Positions 37,991 through 48,772 of a DNA stretch of 64,000 bases are shown here, one piece after another. Numbering within the stretch: position 1 is the stretch's first letter; the number at the start of each line of letters is the position of its first letter. This stretch comes from Hydrolagus affinis (Eukaryota): the NCBI GenBank assembly GCA_012026655.1, contig JAAILG010000027.1:62001-126000 (forward strand). The letters are read 5' to 3'. The notes below the pieces were generated by a model. It was not told where the DNA came from. It searched no databases and worked only from the letters and a program-made list of their open reading frames with translations. A program made the position numbers and the translations under genes.

Positions 37991-40725
37991 TGAAGAAACA
38001 CCTTCAGGTAAGAGAATCTTTGAAGCACCAATATGGAGTAATTTACTAATTCGCCAAGCCTCTTTTGTTGATTTATTTATAGATTTAACACCAGTTTGGG
38101 TTTTTTGATGTTGACGCTTGGACTGCCTCCTTCAGTTGGGAGTTTATCCTGATGTTCAAATTGGCAGCTGCTTTAGCCCACAGAAATACACACAGTCACA
38201 TTGTTATATCCCGTGAAGCACTTTGAGATGACTTGATGATGCCATGAGACACTATCAAATGCAATGATTGTTATTATCAAGTGCATTTGTGAGTGAATTC
38301 ACTCAGAGCGCAGGCAATTCTGGATGGCCTGAAGTGGGCAGGTTCCACGTGGAGTGCCAAAGCAGTCACACTATCAATAGCAATGATGGAGCTGACAGTA
38401 GCAGGCAAGGGAGGGAAATTAAACATAAGTCACCAAAAGAAGTTAGCATAACCAATTACAAAAGGCTTTCTGAATCACATTCTTCCTGCTGTGTTTGTAA
38501 CTCAATATTAGTTACATAGTTACTACTGAAAAACATTGAAACTCTTGCACAATCTGCTACTTAATGGTATGCTATGCAGAAACTCTTGAGCCTCCTCTGT
38601 GGGCTATTTATCATTTTAAACCTTGCCGTTTTTCGGGCTGACTACATAAAGGATTACATATTTAGCGTTTCATTTTTTTGTGACACTCACCAAAACATGT
38701 TTGCTTTTTAATGATGAGGTTAGTTGTAAAGGAAAGAGAATCGAGATTTAGTCGGTTTAATTTTCTTCCAGTTTTGTACTTTGCAATCCATTTTGGTGAT
38801 AAATTACCCCCTCGCTCTTTTTCATTGAGCATACTGTCGATGTTTTAATTAGTTGAAGCATAATTTACAATGGGAAATATTCTGTTTAATTTAGACTGGA
38901 TTTCAAGGGTCCAAGTTGAAGCTCCTCTGGCTCTGGGGCAGGATATTCAAAGGGCGTCTGGGTTCAAAAGCAAAGAGATCACCAAGCAAGGAGATGGAGA
39001 CGCCATTTCTCCTCTTTACTGGACCACCATGTCGTACACATCGGCATGAAGAGATGGCCAAGAAAAACATACCACAGCAAACCCACTACAGAAGCTTTAG
39101 AGTGAACAGAAGCAGTCTGAGCTGAGGCACATCTGTGAAATCAAACACCAAACGAATAGGAGTTAAGAAAACACCCTTTCAACAAGTCAAGCAAAATGAA
39201 ACGACCAAACGAAGGAAGCTCTTCCCCATGCGAGCTGTATTCAAACATTAGAACAGGGTTGTTGGGAGGCCAGACTGGAGCTGTGAGCACATGTAGTCAC
39301 TGCACGTTTACAAATGCAAATGATGTCGGGTCACATCTATAAGAAGACTGTGGACATTGCCAGCTCAGCTCAGGCTGGCATGGTCGGGTGAATACGTTAC
39401 ATATATGGTGTAATTCCTCAAGGTGAAGTCAGGCATATGGATGGAGAAGAGTAAAGCAAAGTGTCTTCTTAACAATTATGACCAACTCCAACAAACCAAA
39501 CACAAATTCTAATGACATATGCAGACAATTATTAGTTCTTCCAATTCCCTGATGAAAACACTTATCTGCATAAGGACCCAAGGATAAACCATTGATACAT
39601 CTGTCCATTCCTCATCCTTTGTTGTACATCAGTCCATTCAAGGCAACAGAAAGGCATTAGCTCGATAACTGCCTTGAGGCAAAGGGGATGGTTTCAGTGT
39701 GTTACACGGGTTAACTATTTTAGGCTGCTATTAGAATTTAATGATGGTATAAATCTCTAGCAACAGATTTTATTTCAGCAAGAATACTGGAAAACCAGAC
39801 AGACTCGTTTTTTTGAGCTCATGTTTTTCTAGATATAATACTATTGCTGTGTTTGTAATGTTTGTTTGCTTTTCTTCATGGAATCTATCCTGATGTTATG
39901 TGCAATTTTGCATTAGCATGCAACTGTTACCACAATCCACTATACTGACAAATATAAGCTTCACCATCACAAAAAGACTTACACCACACAGCCATGTACT
40001 GTATTATTAAACTGTTCCTTTGTTACCCTACATATAGAATGCTGGATTGCACATGCTTCAAGAGCTTGTATTCTCTTATTGAGAACAAGCCCGAGAGAGA
40101 GCAGAGGGAGCAAACAAGTGAGAAAGGAAGAGCATGAGAACAAATGAGTGAAAGGTATGAGAGAGAAAGTAAGAGTGACTGAAAAGAAAATAAGCAAGAA
40201 AGAGAGAGACAAATGTGTGAGCAGCGTACCATAAGGTCTTTCCTTGCTATTGAAATAACCTAGTTTTCCACTTGTTTTCCACTTGTTCCAATAAGGAGCA
40301 TCATGAGTATTGCAGCAGGGGTCAGTTTAATATTCCCAAGTGCGCTGCCGATGTAGATGTAGCCAATGGGCATCTTGGAAAATCCCCACTTGGTAAGCAT
40401 TTTAATGTAGTGCAACATCTCAGATACCCTTCTTTCTTAGTACAGAGACCACTGAATGACAAGTCTTTGAATCGGCAATCTAGCCGAAAGAGATCAGGTA
40501 ATTCAGTGTTTTAAAATCATTGTCCTATCATCTCATTAATCCAGATCCGAATCCAACTCAGAGTGATGGAGGTGAGGGTCTCTCTGTGTTGCTTGTAATG
40601 GTCGTGTGTGATATAATTTGGGCAGTTTCAGCTCAGCGGTGTGGGTTATGGTATAAAGATGTCTGCAAATGATTCACTATCTGGTCATTCCATTTAAATG
40701 TCAGATTGCCTCAGCTGACAGCAAT

Positions 40726-41830
40726 CTTGTCTGGGGGTCAGAAGATGCTGGGTTCAAAGGCTCATGTCGGGAGCTCATTATCCAGGCTGTTGCTTCAGTG
40801 CAATCCTGGAGAAATACTGTATTATCAGATGTGCCATCCTTTGTGTGAGACATCAAATCAAGGACTTATCTATCTTCACTTCAGGTTTTCATTAAAATAT
40901 ACCATGGCACTATTTGAAAATAGGTATTTTCTGCATTATCTCAGTCAACAATTCTCCAGATAATAGTTGAACATTCATTCACATCATGATGGTTTGTGAG
41001 CCCTCCCTATATGTATAGTAGAAGTCTGTTTATCTGTGACTCGATGCACCGGCACTTCCGTATAACCGGCATGCCCCCCCAAAAATCCCCATTCGATAAA
41101 CCGGAACTTATCCAGAACAATAGCGATGGAGCATTTGTAAATGCATAAATAATAACATAATAATAGAATATTGTATTGGTACTTATTGTTAAAACTACTC
41201 TCTTGCGCTTTTCACCTTTGCTGGTAGATGCTGCGCTTGAAGCCATGATGCCGTGGTTGAGGTTTATTGTCCAGCGATTCTTTTATAAATGGAGCATACC
41301 AAGAGGATGAAAAAAACGGAGCGCAACTTTAAAGCCATATTAAAAGGCAGGCCGATTACGCTAGCCAATAACCCACATTGTCGCACAGGTACAGTATTTC
41401 GGTTTGCCGCTAGTAGAGTCTAGGGCTATCGGCTTGCCTCTAGTAAAGTTGCGCAACTTTAAAATCGTGCTGCTGTTTTTTTTCACCCGCTTGGCGTCCT
41501 CCACTTAAAAAAGAATTGCTGGATTGTAAACCTCAATCAGTAAAGGTGAGAAGCACAAAAGAGTAGTTTTAACAATAAGTACCAATTCTGTTATTATCTG
41601 TTATTATTTAGTCTGGCGTGTATAGTGTGTGTTAAAAGAACGTTAATTTTTTTGTAGTGGGTTTTCGGCCACGGGCTACCCGAATATCTGGCAGGCGCTT
41701 TAACCGGCATTGGCCAGGTCCTATGGGTCCCAGATAAATGGGCTTTTACTGTAAATGGTTGTAGCGTTGGCCTAGGAAAATTACTAGAGTGACCACAATT
41801 ACTATGAAGCGTTTTGAGGCGTTTGGATAC
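40726..41830 (+). mobile_element. Old DeuSINE-like copy split by a DNA transposon (parts 40726-41015 and 41752-41830)
   Basis: Head gcctcagctgacagc...gggttcaaag, core gtgccatcctttgtgtgagacatcaaatcaagg...ccatggcactatttgaa. It resumes after the insertion with aatggttgtagcg...tgaagcgttttgag. Confidence 0.7.
41016..41751. mobile_element. Non-autonomous pogo/Tigger-type (Tc1/mariner superfamily) DNA transposon with an internal palindrome
   Basis: TA at 41014-15 and 41752-53. 25-bp imperfect TIRs: TAGTAGAAGTCTGTTTATCTGTGAC versus reverse complement CAGTAAAAGCCCATTTATCTGGGAC. Subterminal (t)aaccggca repeats. Internal remnant MASSAASTSKGEKRKRVVLTI. Confidence 0.88.
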
Positions 41831-42119
41831 GATAAACCAAATTCTTTCTTTCCACAGTATAAAGAGGGCGAAAACAGCAATCGCACCCATCAGGCTGAAG
41901 ATGTGGATTTAGTGTCAAGATGGTTTTGTGACACAACTAGTGTCATTTCTCAATGGGTTTTTGAAGAGGCACGTTAAAGTTCCTGTGGAAAGCTCCGTCA
42001 GAAGGTGTGCAGTTGCAGAAGGAAATACCCGAACCAGTTACAATTCTTCACCAACTTTCTCCTGTGCAACCTCAACTTTTCAGGAGGTGTATTTCAAACT
42101 ACTGTACAAAACAGACATT

Positions 42120-42416
42120 TGTGGTTAGAGCACTCGCCTTGCAAGCGAGAGACCTGGGTTTGATTCCAGGCAAGGCAAAACCTTGGACAAGTTTCCTTAC
42201 TCCACACGCATGATAATAATCTCTCGAAAAAAAATACAATCATAAATTGGTCACTTTGATCCATGATTGTTTGTGGGACACTTCTGTGAGCAATTGGCTA
42301 CTATGTTTCACCCACAAATATACAGTCAATCCACTTTACAGTATATTCAGTGAAGTGCTTTGAGATGTCTAGAAGACGTGAAAAGCGCTATATTAAATGC
42401 AAGAATTATTATTATT
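42120..42416 (+). mobile_element. Young tRNA(Ala)-derived SINE, slightly 5'-truncated
   Basis: gtggttagagcactcgccttgcaagcgagagacctgggtttgattcc...gtgaagtgctttgagatgtctagaagacgtgaaaagcgctata. Confidence 0.92.
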
Positions 42417-42744
42417 GGATATGCAAAGTGATTTACAGGAACATAAGAAAATTGTGCCTGGACAAATTCTGGTATAAACACAACTGGTTAAATGTTGGCA
42501 CTAACTGGAACCTCACAACTGCTCATTTATATACAGTAAATTGAATGGTTAGCCATTCAGCCACAATTCAGGAGGCCAAAACATAAGAAAATGTGGTAAA
42601 GTGAACACAACTAATTAGCTTAAATATTTTCATCCCCTCTGCTGGGACATGAGACCACATGTAGACAGGTGATGGTCACCTTGCTGAACATTTATATTCA
42701 GTTGGTAAGCATGATGACCAGTTTGTAAGCATAATGATGACCGC

Positions 42745-43345
42745 CCAGCAACAGCTCCAAAAGCCTATCAAACCCAACCCACGCCCTGCTCCATTAGCTC
42801 ACCAGTCTCCAGAGAATTGAGTTCAAAATCCTTGCCCTCACTTTTAAATCCAACCACTGTCTTGCCCCACCCTACCGCTGCGACCCTCTGAAACACTACC
42901 CACTTGTCTGTTCACTTCACTTGGACTACTCTGGCCTGTTTCATATCACTCAACCTGCCCATCCCTGCAGTCCTGTAACTCAGTGGTTAGAAGCGTGTTT
43001 GAATCCAGGCAGAGCAAAACCCTGGGCAAGTTTCCTTACTCTCCACAAGCCTAATAATAATCCCTCAAAAAAATAAATTGGTCATTTCAATCCACGACTG
43101 TGGGACACTGTTGTGTGCAATTGGCTGCCACGTTTCACCCACAAATATAGTCAATTCATTTTACAGTACCTTCTGTGAAGCACTTTGAGACGTCTCTAGA
43201 AGACGTGAAAAGCGCAATATCAAATGCAAGGATTATTATTCTTATTATCCCACCATTGATGTTCTGGCTTTCAACTTTTCTGCCACCACTCTCTGGAACT
43301 CTATCCCGGAGTCCTTCTTCATTTCCCCTTCCCACGCCTACTTCA
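42745..43345 (+). mobile_element. Decayed L2 fragment with a young SINE nested at ~42968-43247
   Basis: L2 text ctccagagaattgagttcaaaatccttgccctcacttttaaa...; SINE gtcctgtaactcagtggttag...caaatgcaaggattattatt; L2 resumes cccaccattgatgttctggctttc...ctctggaactc. Confidence 0.8.
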
Positions 43346-44871
43346 ATCTCTGAGTACAATCTTCAATCTACAGCCATCTCCATTTTAGTTTGTCCATACA
43401 CCATTTGCCCTCTCACTTGTGCCTCCCTTCAATGGTGCAGCAAAGCTGGATAGGGTACAAGCTGTTAAAGAAAAGTGTGGGATGCAAACCTGTGTCTAAC
43501 CCAGCTCTGGCACCTCCAGTGGTATCTCCAATGCACTGAGCCGTCTCTCACCTCTACAATTGCAATCATTCAATGCCAGCACAGAGTGGAACTGCAGTCC
43601 CCCATCTAGTGTGCCTACTATTTCACCAGCACACATAAATGTACCACTTGATTCACCCTCAATTCCCTGGAAATAAATATTTATTCTCAATATTTCTTAT
43701 TAGACAATAAATTGACAAAAAATATTTTATTATAGTATATATAATATAATATATTATAATTATAATCTTATACTGTAATACAATGTTATCAAGAGATATG
43801 ACAGAGCTATTCATTTTAAACAATGTATCCTGTTTGACAAATAAATCAGATTAAAAGTATCAGATTTTGCAAATTTTTACAAAACATCCACGGATTACTT
43901 ATTGTTATTGCACAGCACAGAATCAATGGAGTACAGAATGAGTTAATGGCTGCAGGTCATTTAAGTCCAGCCTTTGTATGGTACTGTATTGTGTCTGTAA
44001 CATCTTCTATTCAGTCTTCATTAAGACTGTGTGGAGGATAGGAATGCATCCCTCCCCATTTCGTGAAATGAATATTAGCAGCTCTTCATATGTGGCAGTG
44101 GCAATGAATTCAGTTTTCTATAGCAATCTATGGCATATGGTTTTGATTAATAACACAAACTTTGCGTAATGGCAGGACACAGCAAGTGAAAGTCAATGAG
44201 AATTGTTTGAACTGATTGTGTGACCTAAGAAAACAATAAGACTGGCTCAGGGCCAAGATTATTACCCTGTGCCACTGATTATTTCAAGATCATGATAAAA
44301 TCCTTAATCTTTATCCCTTTATGGGAGTGAACTGGGGTAAGGGGTCACCTGTGTGTGAAATCCACGGAATCTGCTTTTCCTTCAAAGCTCAGGAGATCCG
44401 AACAAAATCAATGGATGTACATCCAAAGCAGTTTTAAAGGTTTTGTGAAACAAATCTTTCAAACAGGCACTGGTTTAGTGTTATTGAGCTTTGTTTCGAT
44501 CTATCAGAGTGAGTAACGCAGAAGCAGTCCAGTTAACTGTGCTCATACTCTAAGAGGAGATTAGCAGGTGCATCTCTCCATAAATACAGCTGTGCCGTAG
44601 CTGAGAGGGCAGACGTCACAATGTTGAATCCACAACTGAGCGCTGGTACAGCTCGGTCTTCATCACCACAGTCCTTAGGTAACTGGTCTCTCACAGAGAA
44701 ATGGTACAGTACTCCTGCTCCACTGCTCCCATAGAGCAGTCTCAAGGGCTCCAAATCACTCAAGGCTAACTTAAGTTTGTTTTGTTAAATATTAAGAAGG
44801 TGCAGCATTTGGAAACTCCTCAAATTCAGATATAACCTCAAAGCTGGCTCTCATTTTAGTTTTTTTTTAAC

Positions 44872-45392
44872 ACCAACAACAAACAACAACTTGGATTTAT
44901 ATAGCGCTTTCCACGTCAGACAGCGTCTCAGAGCCCATCACAATAACAGATCCTGGGCCCAGCAGGGGGAGGGGAAAAAGGTGACCAAAGGTGCGGTTGA
45001 AAAGCAAAGTCTTTTAAGTGCGACCTGAAAATAGGAAAGGTGGGGGCGAGGTGAAGGGAGTGAGGAAGGAAGTTCCAGAGCCTCGGGACATAGTGGCTGA
45101 AGGCACGGCCGCCGACGGTGGNNNNNNNNNNNNNNNNNNNNNNNNNNNNNNNNNNNNNNNNNNNNNNNNNNNNNNNNNNNNNNNNNNNNNNNNNNNNNNN
45201 NNNNNNNNNNNNNNNNNNNNNGAACGGAGGGTCCGGGTAGGCTTGTAGGGGGAGAGTAAAGTGGTTAAATAGGGCGGGGCAAGGCCGTGTAAGGCCTTGA
45301 AGGTGAGGACGAGGATCTTGAACTCGATCCTCTGGAGAATGGGGAGCCAGTGGAGACGGGCGAGGGTGGGGGTTATATGGTCGCGGAGGCGG
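44872..45392 (-). mobile_element. L2 LINE 3' fragment containing a 100-N gap (45122-45221)
   Basis: Minus frame [41 protein letters not shown]...GGRAFSHYVPRLWNFLP; (AAC)n tail at the left end. Confidence 0.93.
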
Positions 45393-45761
45393 AACGGAGG
45401 ATTCGGGGGACAAGAAGGAGGCCAGACCTGGTAGAGTGAAGGCAATTGATACTGTTGTAATTCAATAGTCTCAAGGCCTTTAAACTTAAGCTTGTCCAGG
45501 GCAACTCTGCAACTGATGGGATACATTGTCACATTTTGGGACACAGTGTCATACTATGTGTGGCTAACACATTACGTTGTGCAATCCATCCATCTCAGGG
45601 CTCAGGAAAGTTTTGTGCTGAAAGTGACTCAATACTCACCATCCATCAATCAAGTGACGCGAGGTCAAAGCATTGAACACGGCTGCACCCAGAGGAGGAA
45701 TGTCAGTCACTCTGATCAACGGCAGTGGGTATCAGTAACAGAGTGAAGCTGGTCAAAAACA

Positions 45762-45885
45762 TTTTGTGCGTATCGCCCACATATACACAGTGAATTCACT
45801 TTATAATATACTCTGTGAAGCACTTTGAGATGTCTAGAAGACGTGAAAAGCGTTATATCAAAAGCAAGGATTATTATTATTACTA
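45762..45885 (+). mobile_element. SINE 3' tail fragment (similar tails at ~10315-10410, 12030-12140, 22945-23128, 34650-34756, 38160-38276 on +; 50545-50635, 57830-58010 on -)
   Basis: tcgcccacatatacacagtgaattcacttta...gtgaagcactttgagatgtctagaagacgtgaaaagcgttatatc...gcaaggattattattatt. Confidence 0.85.
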
Positions 45886-47717
45886 TGGTTTATGGTATTG
45901 GTCCTTCATTTCCTGGACACTCAACCAAAGGCTGAACTACATTTCCACATATTAAAATGTGTTGACAGTTCTAAACCGGGATTATTTGCACAGTTTTAAA
46001 TGGAATCTTGCATTTAAAGAACTGAACTAAATATTTTTACTCAGTGGCATATTTAATTAGCAAAGATGTCATCACTAACTTCATAACTCTCCTCCCCACC
46101 TCGCCACCCCCCCACCCCTCCCACTCCTCCTAACCCTCCCAGCCCAAAAATAATTGAAGGTCACAGAATTGTGTTAACAGCCTCACGATTTTCCAACAAA
46201 TTCTGAACCACCGCATTCATTGAAGATTCAGTTTAAATAACCAAAGTAGCAAGTCATACTATCTTTTCCCCAGGAATATTAGAAACCACATCCAATATTA
46301 TTCCCCTCCACCCCCTCCCCCCAAAATAAAAACAAAAACAAAATTGTTTTTTTCATAACCAAGCAGGGAAACTGCGATCCTGTTGGTTAAATATACCCTT
46401 GATTTCTGTCGGTAATAAAATACTTTCACAATTACTATTGACAGTCCTGGATAATCGTGAAGGCTGCATTGCTTCAAGAAGATGAGTGTTACAAATCATT
46501 CTGTGGGGAGAGTAGTAACAGCAGCAGGCAGCAGACAGGTTTCAATTTCACAATGCTGATTATCTCATTCCAAATTCTATGCATGCCTAAATTTGAGAAT
46601 CCTCGAAGCATCCACATGGACTCCTGGTTTTAAAATGCCTATTATGCTTTCATACTTCTGCTGCTTCCTGAAGACTGCCATTTCACCAAGCTTAAATAGC
46701 AGAAAATTACACTGCTTCTTCTCTGCCCATCTTCTCAATCTCTATTAACCTGAGGAAGAACAAAGGACTGCGCTCCAGCACTTGGCAGCACAGGTTGGGG
46801 TGTGGGTTAACTGAAGCTGTGTTTCTTGTATACCCTTCCCCCCTCAAAAAAAAAGCATCAGTCCAGGAATTTTACCAAATAGCGTGAGTGTGTGGTTATA
46901 TTTCTGAGCTTTCTCCACTGGCCACAGCTTAAAACTCTCCCAAATCAAACAAACACAACCATATCATTAACATGATGTTATTTGTAAAGATTTATTCACT
47001 TCAACAGCCTACCAGTGTTTCTTTATGAAATTGTTACTGAACCATTTGCATTTGCAGAGCTATAGACACTGTATACAGATATAAAATGCAATACTCGCTG
47101 CCTCTGATGAAACTGATGTTTTGGTGAATGATGAAGTGCCTTAACGAGACTCTTCAAAACTGTAACATTGATTTTGATGGCTTGGATAAAATAGACAAAA
47201 AAAATCACTCACTTTCGTTTCTCTGACATTCCATCAAGGTACAGCTTGTCAAAATTAAGGGATGGTGTAAAGATTTTATTTTACAGCTGCTTTTACGCTT
47301 ACCACAACTTTACTGTAAGGAACACTCTGCAGGAATTTCTGTGAGGCAAGCATTTCGTAAGTGGCACACAGAATACTGCGAGAGGCAGATTATTTATTTA
47401 ACATAAGCTGACAGAATACAATTTAATATAAACCCAGTTGCCCAACGACCCTTTAAACACCCAAACCTTCTTTAAACACAGCAATGCTCATACGATGGTG
47501 TCACTGCAAATTCCACTCACTATTTCATGCTGTTTTATCTCTGGTTTAGAAGGCATATGTTGAACTGTTTGAATTAAAATTGGAGTTACTTTCTACTGAA
47601 ACATTCAGTTATGTCAATAGCGCTTCTTATGCAAAACATCCATGTTCACAAATGGGATACTAGGGCCCAGTTTGTGGGTTTGAGTTAGCAACGCATGCTC
47701 AAAGTATGCATCGCATT

Positions 47718-47800
47718 TCATAGAATGATATGTACGTTAACAGGCCATTTGGCTCAACTAGTCCATGCTAGTGTTTATGCTTCACACCAGCCTCCAACCC
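47718..47800 (-). mobile_element. CR1-type LINE 3' end
   Basis: tcatagaatgatatg...aacaggccatttggctcaactagtccatgctagtgtttatgct. Confidence 0.6.
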
Positions 47801-47833
47801 TTGCTGGAATACCCACATACTAATACATACAGT

Positions 47834-47874
<41 letters not shown>
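47834..47874. repeat. (TAAC)n microsatellite, ~10 units
   Basis: taactaactaactaact... seen directly. Confidence 0.95.
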
Positions 47875-48001
47875 GGTTAAAAGGATCACTGAATAGCAAT
47901 ACAGTAATAATAATCACCTGTACATGTGGCTAACACAACCAGCACATTTTGCACATGAATTACACCAGCCCACAAATTACTGTTTCAAATAGTCATAATA
48001 G

Positions 48002-48089
48002 CCCAGATAGAAAGCCCATGTGGGGCCCACATGGGCATGGATCAACCCAAATTGGCCCATATGGGGCCCATGTGGGCTTGCTACCTGGG
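48002..48089. mobile_element. 88-bp palindromic mini-transposon, CCCAG...CTGGG termini, 2-bp TSD (AG); CMC/EnSpm-like non-autonomous element
   Basis: AG|CCCAGATAGAAAGCCCATGTGGGGCCC...GGGCCCATGTGGGCTTGCTACCTGGG|AG, with internal (GG)CCCA(T/C)ATGGG repeats. Confidence 0.72.
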
Positions 48090-48392
48090 AGGTTTCCTGT
48101 TCTCTGTGGTTTTGTTTTAGCATTATCATGTGATCGCTGCTTCTACTTCCCATTATGCCTACGCACAGATAGGAAGTCTGAGTTGTGGCTTTTTCCACAC
48201 ACAAAAGAGGCTTGAGAACGAAGGAATCCAGCTTGTCCTTACCAACCACAAGTGCTGTGATAACCTGCTCATTGTTTGCTTCGGAACTTAATGAAGAACC
48301 AAAAGTGCTCTGCGTGTTTTCTCTAAACAGTGCACACTTAAGTTTAATAATCTGATACAATTTATTAAGTGTGAAGTTTGCTGATCCCTAAA

Positions 48393-48772
48393 NNNNNNNN
48401 NNNNNNNNNNNNNNNNNNNNNNNNNNNNNNNNNNNNNNNNNNNNNNNNNNNNNNNNNNNNNNNNNNNNNNNNNNNNNNNNNNNNNNNNNNNNNNNNNNNN
48501 NNNNNNNNNNNNNNNNNNNNNNNNNNNNNNNNNNNNNNNNNNNNNNNNNNNNNNNNNNNNNNNNNNNNNNNNGCAGNNNNNNNNNNNNNNNNNNNNNNNN
48601 NNNNNNNNNNNNNNNNNNNNNNNNNNNNNNNNNNNNNNNNNNNNNNNNNNNNNNNNNNNNNNNNNNNNNNNNNNNNNNNNNNNNNNNNNNNNNNNNNNNN
48701 NNNNNNNNNNNNNNNNNNNNNNNNNNNNNNNNNNNNNNNNNNNNNNNNNNNNNNNNNNNNNNNNNNNNNNNN
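48393..48772. other. Assembly gap with a 4-bp island (gcag, 48573-48576)
   Basis: Runs of N. Confidence 1.

Noticed and set aside
41007-41246. Functional JRK/TIGD gene
   Set aside because: Only ~21 N-terminal residues match. There is no complete HTH or DDD domain, and it sits inside TIRs.
43725-43775. AT-only stretch and scattered G/C runs (17855-17880, 28476-28510, 46090-46140)
   Set aside because: Ordinary low-complexity sequence.
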